DNA of 64,000 nucleotides. It comes from Thermoproteota archaeon. Lineage in GTDB: Archaea > Korarchaeota > JAOZGF01 > JAOZFZ01. Location of the stretch: positions 288,001 to 352,000 of the forward strand of contig JAOZFT010000004.1 of NCBI GenBank assembly GCA_027492035.1, given 5' to 3'. Under the pieces are notes generated by a model, which saw only the letters and a program-made list of their open reading frames with translations, ran no database searches and was not told where the DNA came from. A program made the position numbers and the translations under genes. Below are positions 52,226 through 61,013 of the stretch, one piece after another (within the stretch, counting starts at the first letter, position 1; each line of letters opens with the position of its first letter).

Positions 52226-53308
52226 ATGGATCAAAACTTCATTTATACAATGATATTCATAATTTTCATGATAATCATGACATTTTATGGCCAGAAAATT
52301 CAGTTACTTATCTGGATAGGTGAGATAGAGAAACAGCTTAGGAAACTTCAGAAACTATCTGAAGAAAGCAAGGAAAAACTTGCTGAGGCGCTTTCTAAAT
52401 ACGGAAGAACAAAAAAGGATTTACTGAAAGACATAGAAAAGTTCACAAAATTTTTCATAATCTCCCCCGTGGACTTAGACCCTGCAGGGGTGCTTAAAAG
52501 ACTTGAACATTTACTGGATGTAAGTAAAACTAAAATGGAGGAATATGTCCATATATTAGCCCCGAAAGCAGATGAAGTCCACAGTGACAATTATGAGAAC
52601 ATGTTCGAAGCATGTGCTGCATTGGATTACATCTACAGAATTGTTAGGCATTACCTAATTCTTGGCAAAAAAACCCAAAGCACAATAGTTATAATGCAAA
52701 TCCATATGCAACTTCCACAAATAATGGAAATAGCTAACTCCTACTTTAAAGCTTTAGATTCATTCTCTAAAGGGTTGCCTATAGGGGATGGGATAGGTCC
52801 CTTAGTGGCTTTCCACTTGGCACGTGGATACCCCTACAGAGAAATAGTTGAGGATACAGTAGTTTATGACGCTGCATTTAAGGATAGAAAGCTGTTTGTA
52901 ATTAAGGCTAAAGGTCCAGGGGGGAATGTTGGTAAGCCTGGAGAAGCAGTGAAAAAATTAATTAATGAATTTAAGAAAAAGATAAGTAGAGTTGTTATAA
53001 TTGATGCTGCAGCTAAACTGGAAGGCGAAACAACAGGAGAAATAGCTGAAGGGGTAGGAGCAGCTATAGGGGACCCAGGCCCTGAAAAATACAAAATAGA
53101 GGAATCAATTCGTAAATACAATATACCAATCGACGCTTTAATAATTAAACAGTCTCTCCCTGACGCCATCACAACCATGAAGAAAGAAATAGCTGAAACA
53201 GCTAAAAAGGTCGTTGACAAAGTGAAAGACATAATTCTCTCCAGAACAAAGGAAGGAAATATAGTACTTGTGATAGGGGTAGGTAACACAATCGGAATTG
53301 GGCAATGA
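52226..53308 (+). CDS. DUF1512 family protein
   Basis: PVDLDPAG, PIGDGIGP, IDAAAKLEGE, GVGNTIGIGQ. Confidence 0.88.
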   Translation: MDQNFIYTMIFIIFMIIMTFYGQKIQLLIWIGEIEKQLRKLQKLSEESKEKLAEALSKYGRTKKDLLKDIEKFTKFFIISPVDLDPAGVLKRLEHLLDVSKTKMEEYVHILAPKADEVHSDNYENMFEACAALDYIYRIVRHYLILGKKTQSTIVIMQIHMQLPQIMEIANSYFKALDSFSKGLPIGDGIGPLVAFHLARGYPYREIVEDTVVYDAAFKDRKLFVIKAKGPGGNVGKPGEAVKKLINEFKKKISRVVIIDAAAKLEGETTGEIAEGVGAAIGDPGPEKYKIEESIRKYNIPIDALIIKQSLPDAITTMKKEIAETAKKVVDKVKDIILSRTKEGNIVLVIGVGNTIGIGQ

Positions 53309-53330
53309 ACCCTTTTTAAAGCGCAAATAG

Positions 53331-53711
53331 GTGGTTGAAATTTCTAAACAAAAACAAAAAATTATGAATTCATTGTTTATAATGTTAATTCTAATCTTTA
53401 TTTTACTTCTCCTCATTCCCTTCCCTAAATTAGGGAATTTAGAGACCGGTCAGTTACAGTCCTTCCTTCTCCTATCAATTATGCTTCTTTTTTCATTTCT
53501 CTTTGTTTACCAAACCATGAATCCATTCAGGAGGAATAAAGAGAAAGAAAAAACAGTTTCCACCTTAAAATGCGTAAATTGCAAATACACTGAACAAACA
53601 GAGTTTGTTGAGGGGCAATACATAGGTGAAATCGTTAAAAAGTGCCCTAAATGCGGAGGCGACGTCATGGTTCAACTGATTTATGTCGAAACAGGAGAGA
53701 AAAAAAGGTAA
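53331..53711 (+). CDS. Membrane protein with C-terminal Zn ribbon
   Basis: Two TMs, CVNC..F.EGQY..CPKCG. Confidence 0.75.
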   Translation: MVEISKQKQKIMNSLFIMLILIFILLLLIPFPKLGNLETGQLQSFLLLSIMLLFSFLFVYQTMNPFRRNKEKEKTVSTLKCVNCKYTEQTEFVEGQYIGEIVKKCPKCGGDVMVQLIYVETGEKKR

Positions 53712-53721
53712 CATAATTTCT

Positions 53722-54612
53722 TTAAATAAATCTTACACAGCCTTGTTTAGTAACCATTATTGTTGTTTCCCTTTGAGCCACCACCCCCTTCCCGGCTTCA
53801 ACTAACACACCATATCTCTCAACAGCCCCCCTTTTAACAAGGTCCTTCAACACTAAATCAAGGAGCTGAGGCTCAAACTCTTTCTCTAACCAACGGAGAG
53901 CAAAAGGTAAAAAATTGTAACTTGAACGTATATAGTTCAAAACTTTTTCCTCCAATTTACTCCTTGGTTCCATCTTCTTCACCAATCTAAAAATTAAATA
54001 TTTACGAGTTTCTTTCACATATCCTTTACCCACAGTGGCGAAGGGCTCAATCGCATAAACCTCGTTTTCCTTTAATCGGTGAGAAAAAAAGGTTTTAACA
54101 TTAGGTATACTTTTTCCGCCATGAAGAGAGTATCTTTTCAGTAAATGGCCGCTCAAGTTCTGAACAGGCTTAAACCCTTTACTCTTAATTGTTTCTTCAA
54201 TCACCTCCCCAATTTTTCCACTCCGAACTTTAGCCTTAACCGTATCAACAGCTTTTTCAAGAGCTAAAGATGCAGCTTCGACAAGTTCCTTTAAATTGGA
54301 GTTAAAATTAAAGGTCCATGCTGAATCAATTATGTATCCATTAACGTGGGCTCCAATGTCTACTTTCACCACATCCCTTGGTTTAATAACGGTTTCGTCA
54401 TTTAGTGAGGGGGAATAATGGGCAGCGACTTCGTTTATTGAAATATTTACTGGAAAAGCAGGTTTCCCCCCTTCCTCAATGATCTTCTGTTCAATTCTTT
54501 CTGCAATGTCCAAAATCCTTGTGTTAGGCTTAATGTTTCTTTTTTCTTCTTCCAGAGAAACCTTAATTATCCTCGCAGCTTCTTTGTAATACCTTATCTT
54601 TTCAAGCATCAC
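53722..54612 (-). CDS. map: Methionine aminopeptidase type II
   Basis: AFPVNIS, AAHY, KVDIGAHVNGYIIDSA, LSGH, AIEPF. Confidence 0.96.
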   Translation of the reverse strand: MMLEKIRYYKEAARIIKVSLEEEKRNIKPNTRILDIAERIEQKIIEEGGKPAFPVNISINEVAAHYSPSLNDETVIKPRDVVKVDIGAHVNGYIIDSAWTFNFNSNLKELVEAASLALEKAVDTVKAKVRSGKIGEVIEETIKSKGFKPVQNLSGHLLKRYSLHGGKSIPNVKTFFSHRLKENEVYAIEPFATVGKGYVKETRKYLIFRLVKKMEPRSKLEEKVLNYIRSSYNFLPFALRWLEKEFEPQLLDLVLKDLVKRGAVERYGVLVEAGKGVVAQRETTIMVTKQGCVRFI

Positions 54613-54850
54613 TTCCTCACCGGCTCCAAGGAATACTAAAAAAAGTTTTTTAAGGAGGAGAAACTAAAAATTTATTAAATAGAATTCATTTTCTCCCTAA
54701 TAAAAGGAGTTTTTAAAAAGTTTGGAATCATGTAAAAACGTTTGGAAATTCTTTAAAATGTTTTGGAAGGAGCAGAAATTTCTCTCCTTTACTAACTTTT
54801 CCAACTTTCCGTTTAAGTTGTTTTTACAGTGAACAGGATAGTGGCGTGCG

Positions 54851-55342
54851 TTGAAAAAAACTAAAAACGAAGAAATTGAGGAGTTGCTTGAGTTCCTTCA
54901 GGAACTAAGGGAAGAAATAGTTGGGAAACAAGTTGTAATGGTAGTGGAAGGTAAAAAGGATAAGTTGTCTTTTGAAGAGATAGGGTTTAAAGGAACCTAT
55001 CTATTAACAAACGGCTCCTTCCACCGAACCAATTACCTCATGGAAAAGTACATAGAGAAGGGGTTCTCTTTCCTCATCCTTTCAGACTTTGATGAAGAGG
55101 GGGAGAAAATAAAAGAGGAAGTGATCAATTACATTGATTCCAGAGCTGAAGTAAGATTAGACCTGAGAAGAAAACTTAAGAAAGTAATTTTAAACGCAAA
55201 GGCTCCCTGTACAATAGAGTCCCTCTCCAACTGGTTAATTAAAAGAAGGGTTGGTGGAAGAAGCGAAGGAGGTAAAGGAACAAATAAAGGTGATGTTTAT
55301 GAACGAGTCATTTTCTACGGTGAAGTATGTAGCCAAATTTAA
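54851..55342 (+). CDS. Small TOPRIM-domain protein
   Basis: VVEGKKD, LSDFDEEG. Confidence 0.85.
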   Translation: MKKTKNEEIEELLEFLQELREEIVGKQVVMVVEGKKDKLSFEEIGFKGTYLLTNGSFHRTNYLMEKYIEKGFSFLILSDFDEEGEKIKEEVINYIDSRAEVRLDLRRKLKKVILNAKAPCTIESLSNWLIKRRVGGRSEGGKGTNKGDVYERVIFYGEVCSQI

Positions 55343-56489
55343 CCTTAACGTTAACGGTGTAGTTGAAAAACCAGACGTTGTAGGAGCTATTTTTGGACAG
55401 CTTGAAGGGTTCCTAGGTAGGGAATTAGACTTAAGAGAGCTTCAAAGAACAGGAAGAATAGGCAGAATCGATGTTTTCCTACAGTCGAAAGGAGGAAAAA
55501 CGAAAGGAACAATAGTTATACCCTCAAGTCTGGGAAAAACAGAAACAGCTATAATTGCAGCTGCAGTTGAAATGGTGGACAAAATAGGTCCATGTCTGGC
55601 TCAAATAAAACTTGAAGAAATAGTGGATGTGAGGCAAGAAAAGAAGAACCTAATCAAAAAAAGAGCAATAGAAATTCTTGAACAATGGGAGAAAAAGGAA
55701 AAGGTGAAAATTGAAAATTTACTTCAAGAAATAGAGGACTCAATAAGGACACGTGAAATAATTTCTTATGGACCTGAAAAACTCCCTGCAGGACCAGACA
55801 TAGAAAACTCGAACGAAATAATAGTGGTTGAAGGAAGAGCAGACGTAATAAACCTTCTTAAACACGGGATAAGGAACACTGTAGCAGTGGAAGGAACAAG
55901 TATACCGAAAACGGTTCAAGAAATCACTAAGAGGAAGAGAACAACTGCTTTTCTCGATGGAGATAGAGGAGGAGAACTTATACTGAAAGAACTTCTTCAA
56001 GTGGCAAGTGTAGACTACGTAGCTTTCGCTCCTCCAGGAAAAATGGTTGAAGAATTATCAGAGAAAGAAATAATTTCATGTTTGAAAAACAGGATCCCAA
56101 TTGACCAGTACCTAAAACAAAAGGGGAAGACTCAGCTTAAAGCCTTAACAGAGAAACGTTTTAAAGGAGGCAAACCTACACATTTAAATAAATTAATAGA
56201 GAAGACAGTGGGAACCTTTAAACTCTTCTGTTTAAATAAAAACTTCCACATTTTAAAAGAAATCCCTATAGAACCTGATGAAATAGAGAAAGCTGTAAAT
56301 GAAACAAAACCAGCAGCAATATTTATCGACGGAATAATTACCCAAAGATTAGTTAATTTAGCGGCGCAAAACAGTGTAAAACTTGTTGCAGGGGTCAAGA
56401 AAGGGGACTTAACAAAAATCCCCTACCCCCTAAAAATATACACCTTTGATGAAATAGTGTCAAGAAATTTAGACCTAAAACTTGAGTGA
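55299..56489 (+). CDS. dnaG: Archaeal DnaG (exosome-associated)
   Basis: GVVEKPDVVGAIFGQ, VVEGRADV, DGDRGG. Confidence 0.96.
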   Translation: MNESFSTVKYVAKFNLNVNGVVEKPDVVGAIFGQLEGFLGRELDLRELQRTGRIGRIDVFLQSKGGKTKGTIVIPSSLGKTETAIIAAAVEMVDKIGPCLAQIKLEEIVDVRQEKKNLIKKRAIEILEQWEKKEKVKIENLLQEIEDSIRTREIISYGPEKLPAGPDIENSNEIIVVEGRADVINLLKHGIRNTVAVEGTSIPKTVQEITKRKRTTAFLDGDRGGELILKELLQVASVDYVAFAPPGKMVEELSEKEIISCLKNRIPIDQYLKQKGKTQLKALTEKRFKGGKPTHLNKLIEKTVGTFKLFCLNKNFHILKEIPIEPDEIEKAVNETKPAAIFIDGIITQRLVNLAAQNSVKLVAGVKKGDLTKIPYPLKIYTFDEIVSRNLDLKLE

Positions 56490-56513
56490 CAACCAAAAAA
56501 ATGAAGTAAGCCA

Positions 56514-57596
56514 GTGTCCCACTTGAAAATAATCAGCTTCGACGAAAAAGGGGGAGAAGTCACACTTAAACCTGAAACTTTAGAAGATTTTTTTCACTTG
56601 TATTTCATAATAGAGAAAGAGGACTTAGTAAGAGCTGAAACAAAAAGGAAAATTTCCCTAAACAAGGAAATTCAAAGGAAACCACAAACAAAAATAGTAT
56701 CCACAACTTTGTCGGTGAAAGTAGAAACAGTGGAATACCACGAATACATGAAAAGTTTAAGAATTAAAGGAAGGGTTGTTGAGGACCCGCAAAACCTGGG
56801 AATCAAGGGAGCCTACCACACTTTAAACCTTAAACTACATAAACCCTTAACGCTGAAAAAGAAGAAATGGTTCAATTACCAAATTGAAAGACTTAGGAAA
56901 GCTGAAAAAGAAACATTGGAGCAACCAATAATTATTTCAGTTGCTGACATGGACCAGTGCAACATAGGAATCCTAACAGGGAAAGGAATAAACCGGGTTT
57001 CAACAATTTATTCCCATCTTTCTCACAACAAAATGAACAAAGAAAGAGTAAGTGAAAAAAGGAAATACTTTTCAGAAATAAAGAAGGAAATAATGAAATT
57101 AATAAGTTCACATGACACTGAAAAAGTAGTAGTAGCTGGCCCCGGATTCGTTAAAGAGGAGTTAGCCTTCTACCTCAAAAAAGAAATCAAGGAAGTAAAG
57201 GTTTGGGTTTACTCAACAACCTCAGCAACCACTGCAGCCTTCCAAGAAATCCTTAAATCAAACTATTTACAAAAAATATTTAAAGAAATGAAAGTTTTTG
57301 AAGAAAACAAAGAAGTTCAGGAATTCCTGAAAGAACTGGTTAAAAGGGAAAAGAAAGTAACTTACGGGTTAAAACAAGTTAAAGAGGCAGCAAACCTGGG
57401 GGCAGTCAAGAAAATCCTTGTTTCAGAAACAATGTTTAGGAAGGGGGGGTTTGACTTCAGAGAAGAAATCGAAACATTAATTGAAAAAGTTGAGAAGAAA
57501 GGAGGTAAAGTTGTGATTATTAGTGAGGGACATGAAGCCTCAAACTACCTTAAAAGCCTGGGAGGAATAGCTGCTTTTCTCAGGTTTCCCGTCTAA
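56514..57596 (+). CDS. pelA: Pelota/Dom34 ribosome rescue factor
   Basis: PETLED, GAYHTL, AGPGF, LGGIAAFLRF. Confidence 0.95.
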   Translation: MSHLKIISFDEKGGEVTLKPETLEDFFHLYFIIEKEDLVRAETKRKISLNKEIQRKPQTKIVSTTLSVKVETVEYHEYMKSLRIKGRVVEDPQNLGIKGAYHTLNLKLHKPLTLKKKKWFNYQIERLRKAEKETLEQPIIISVADMDQCNIGILTGKGINRVSTIYSHLSHNKMNKERVSEKRKYFSEIKKEIMKLISSHDTEKVVVAGPGFVKEELAFYLKKEIKEVKVWVYSTTSATTAAFQEILKSNYLQKIFKEMKVFEENKEVQEFLKELVKREKKVTYGLKQVKEAANLGAVKKILVSETMFRKGGFDFREEIETLIEKVEKKGGKVVIISEGHEASNYLKSLGGIAAFLRFPV

Positions 57597-57602
57597 AATT
57601 CC

Positions 57603-58616
57603 CTAGAGAGGCTCAGCTAAGTAAATTCCATCCTTATTAGTTAAAACCCTAACCCTTATTTTCTCCCCTACCTCTGCTTCACAATTAACCACACTTACAA
57701 CCCTACCTTTCCCGACAGCTATTACTTCCCCTCTAACCCAGCCAGGCCCTACAACTTCCACACTAACTTTTTCAAACCTTTTGAAAACAATAGGGACCCT
57801 CCATTTAGTTTTATGTATCCCAAAATCCTCTCTTCTCAAAACAAGTTTAGCCCCATATTTTTTTTCAAGAGTTCTTAAAACACGATAAAACTTAAACCAG
57901 CTCCAGGGTTTAACACCTTTAACTTTCCTCCCTAACTTATAAACCTCATACTTCTGAATACCTAACCCTGGCCACTTCTTTCCAGCCCCAACCTTTAAAG
58001 CATACTCTATTACCCTTTCTATTTCTGGATCATTTAATCCAGGAACCCAAACTGGTGCAATCAATAAATCAATTCCACTTTTAACTACTTCTTCAGCTAA
58101 ATCAAGAACTTTTCTTAAGTTGTAAACCTTGCTCCCCACCATCTTCTTGGCTAAATCCTCATTTAAGGAATCAATTGAAAGGTTCAGCCTGGACAAGCCA
58201 CTTTTATCTAGTTCCTCTACCTCGTCAACTTTAATTAATGTTCCACGGGTCTGGGCTGAAATAACCTTTACACCATCTATTCTGCTTATGTCCTTGATAA
58301 GTTTCTTTATTTCAGAGTAAAGAAATGGTTCTCCTGCACCGTCAATATGAACCTCTACATCCTCAACTCCTTTACACTTAACTACTTCCTCCACACCCTG
58401 AACCAAATACTCCCTATCAACCTCATAAATAGTTTGTCTAGTTTTTGAGAAGGGGCCTTCATCCACTGAACAAAATACACAGTTAAAAACACATCCAGAT
58501 CTAGGCCTCACTTGAATAAGGTTAGTTCCCCTATCTATTACACCAAAAGCTATTGCCCCATACAGAGGCACTCCATCTTCTTCCCTCACTCTGAAAAAGA
58601 ACCTTTTCTCCTTCAT
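57603..58616 (-). CDS. Radical SAM protein with C-terminal TRAM-like domain
   Basis: DRGTNLIQVRP..CVFNCVFC, GEP. Confidence 0.9.
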   Translation of the reverse strand: MKEKRFFFRVREEDGVPLYGAIAFGVIDRGTNLIQVRPRSGCVFNCVFCSVDEGPFSKTRQTIYEVDREYLVQGVEEVVKCKGVEDVEVHIDGAGEPFLYSEIKKLIKDISRIDGVKVISAQTRGTLIKVDEVEELDKSGLSRLNLSIDSLNEDLAKKMVGSKVYNLRKVLDLAEEVVKSGIDLLIAPVWVPGLNDPEIERVIEYALKVGAGKKWPGLGIQKYEVYKLGRKVKGVKPWSWFKFYRVLRTLEKKYGAKLVLRREDFGIHKTKWRVPIVFKRFEKVSVEVVGPGWVRGEVIAVGKGRVVSVVNCEAEVGEKIRVRVLTNKDGIYLAEPL

Positions 58617-58812
58617 CCCTCACCTTACCAACAAAACTTTCTACAAAGAAGGAAAAAAATGAAACAATTCCTTTCTGCAACACTAAACTTCCTTAAAAAT
58701 TAAAAATAAACATAAAATTGAAAAATCATTTTTTTCTAAAATGTTAAAGAACTTCAAAAACTCTTTTTACGAACAGGTATTTTAACCTTTTCAAACGGTT
58801 GGCTGCAGAGAA

Positions 58813-59625
58813 ATGATGTGTTCAATCTGCAAAAGAAGAAAAGCTGAAACAAAAATAAAATATTCAAACCTTCACTTATGTCCAGTTTGTTTCCGAAAAC
58901 TTATCGAGAAAAGAGCTAGGGAAACAATCAATAAATCAGAAAAACTGGAAAGAACAGACAAAATAAAACTGCTTCTACACCCAACAAAAAAGGCGCAAGC
59001 CCTACTCCGCTTAATCACTCCAATAGAGAAAAGATACTATAGGCAGTTTCCTCAACAAAAAATAGGGCAGAAAATAAAAGTGGATTTCATTTTCTTCACC
59101 AACCTAAGAAAAACAGATGGTCTTACCCAGAAAAAGATTTTTAATGAAGTGAAAAATTTTTGTTTAAGTGAAGGGTTAGAAATAAATTTACATTACAAAA
59201 AGAAACCAGTAAACCGGAAGAGTTTAAGGAAAAAGGTTATGGAGGTAAGTGAAGAAATAACTAGGGGCCCTAAAGAAAAACTGATGCTTCCCATAAACTT
59301 AGACGATGTAATTACAGACTTCCTATACTCTGCCTTTACCAACTCGGAAGAACCCTTTAAAACAACACTTGAAACATTAAAAATGGAAAAAATCATTCAT
59401 CCCATGTTGAAGATACCGGATGAAGAAATAGAGCAATACCTAAAAACACTCAACATAGAAACAGGGAAAGAATTAGAAACAGACAAGTTAACACAGAAAA
59501 TAAAGGACATAATAAATTATTTAGAGAAAGAAAAACCCGGAACAAAATTTTTAACCCTGAAAACACTGCAAGAAACATTTCTAAACCAGGAAAAGGGAAG
59601 AAACAAGGGAAGTAACAAAGATTAA
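58813..59625 (+). CDS. Degenerate TtuA/Ctu1-like protein lacking the PP-loop
   Basis: N-terminal CSIC..LCPVCF finger, NLDD, IHPMLKIPDEEI, LEKEKPGTK; SGGKDS and central CxxC absent. Confidence 0.7.
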   Translation: MMCSICKRRKAETKIKYSNLHLCPVCFRKLIEKRARETINKSEKLERTDKIKLLLHPTKKAQALLRLITPIEKRYYRQFPQQKIGQKIKVDFIFFTNLRKTDGLTQKKIFNEVKNFCLSEGLEINLHYKKKPVNRKSLRKKVMEVSEEITRGPKEKLMLPINLDDVITDFLYSAFTNSEEPFKTTLETLKMEKIIHPMLKIPDEEIEQYLKTLNIETGKELETDKLTQKIKDIINYLEKEKPGTKFLTLKTLQETFLNQEKGRNKGSNKD

Positions 59626-59670
59626 ATGGAAAAAATTTATAAAAAGGGGAAGGAATGAATAGAAAAGGGT

Positions 59671-59993
59671 GGAGAGACAGGGGATAGGTAGGGGGCTCGG
59701 GGTCCCCTGAACCGTAAACCCTCGAAACGACGGGCCGAATGCTGCTGCGGTGAATCCTTCGCCTGTACAAAGCATCAGCTTAGGAGAAATGAAAACAGTC
59801 ACCCTTGGGGGCAGCGGAGCTAACCCAGTTTCCGGAGGGAAACAAAAGGGTTAGTTGAGCTGAGGGGAAAAAGCCAGGCCTGGAAAGGAGCAACTTAAAC
59901 CCTCTAACGCTGCCGCTCAAGGGAGAGGCTGCAGATCTCCAAGTTGATGCCGAGTGCAGCTGAAGGTTTTGCTGCAGTAGAATCCCCTGCTCC
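59671..59993 (+). ncRNA. ffs: SRP (7S) RNA
   Basis: Helix 8 CCAGGCCTGGAAAGGAGCAA, helix 6 GGAG loop, Alu domain, terminal CAGGGGAT/ATCCCCTG. Confidence 0.93.
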
Positions 59994-59997
59994 AAAA

Positions 59998-60082
59998 GCC
60001 GGGGTACTCCAGCCAGGTAGGAGGCGGGCCTGCTAAGCCCGTGGCTCTTGGAGCCTCGTGGGTTCAAATCCCACCCCCGGCG
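59998..60082 (+). tRNA. tRNA-Ser(GCT)
   Basis: CGGGC-CT GCT AA-GCCCG, long variable arm, G73. Confidence 0.95.
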
Positions 60083-60194
60083 TAAACTGCTTCTTAAAAC
60101 CTAAACAATATGCATGTTCTATGAGACTTAACATTTCCTATTCTCTCCCCCTTTCTTTCTTCTGGTTTCGTTAGAATGTTTTCGGGAACATAAC

Positions 60195-60470
60195 TTGGCT
60201 TTTGAAGTTCATTTATGGAAGCCCCATCTGTAAAGTCTTCCATTCATCCTTTTCAAGTATCTAATTTCCCTTCTAATTTTTTTTGAGATTTTCCAACATT
60301 ATTATAGAACCTAGTTTCAAAGCTTCTTTAACACAAAAGCCACAACCTTACGGTAAATATACAAAATCCTATTTGTTTCCCTTCCACCATGCCTTAGACA
60401 GCAAATTTTTCCTCTTCTTTCCAACTTTAATTTCCCATTCCTTAATCCACTTCCAAAGTGTTCTATCAAT
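60195..60470 (-). pseudogene. tnpB: TnpB (IS200/IS605 family) fragment
   Basis: Frameshifted pieces HGGRETNRILYIYRKV / VKEALKLGSIIMLENLKK / IRREIRYLKRMNGRLYRWGFHK*, resembling the RuvC-II region. Confidence 0.72.
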
Positions 60471-61013
60471 TGTTTCTCAAAATCAGACATAATACACATA
60501 AAGAGATAAACAATCTTATAAACTTAGTTATTTCAACATTCCAAAACTGCTGACTTACCCTGAAAAGACTGTTCTTAAAGGCAAAACCTTTCCTCCCCTA
60601 AAAAATGAAAAATTAACCTCTTTAAAGTTCCCTTTTTTCCTTTTGCTTTTCCTTTCGCAATTCATTAACTGACTTACCATGTTTCGTCAAAAAACTAATA
60701 ATGAGCCTTTAAAACACAAAACCCCAGAAAGCCTCCACTTACTAAAAAAACATTTATTTTTCGCCGATTTAAACAATCCAAGTTTCTAAGGAACCAATCC
60801 ACTTTAATCAGTAATTCTTTCTCCTTAAAAAACATTAAGAAACATTAACAAACGACAAACTACTCCTTACCAAAAATATTACACAAAAAGAAATAATCGT
60901 TAAAAACAAAAAACAACAGCATAATTTAAAAAAGGAAAAGGGAAAAACTACAGTCAACTTTCCAAGGCCATAAATTTGGCTTTGGAAAGCCACTAAACAA
61001 AAAAGGTGGAAAC

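Noticed and set aside
59671-59993. Possible second RNase P RNA
   Set aside because: Has SRP helix 6, helix 8 and Alu motifs and no P4
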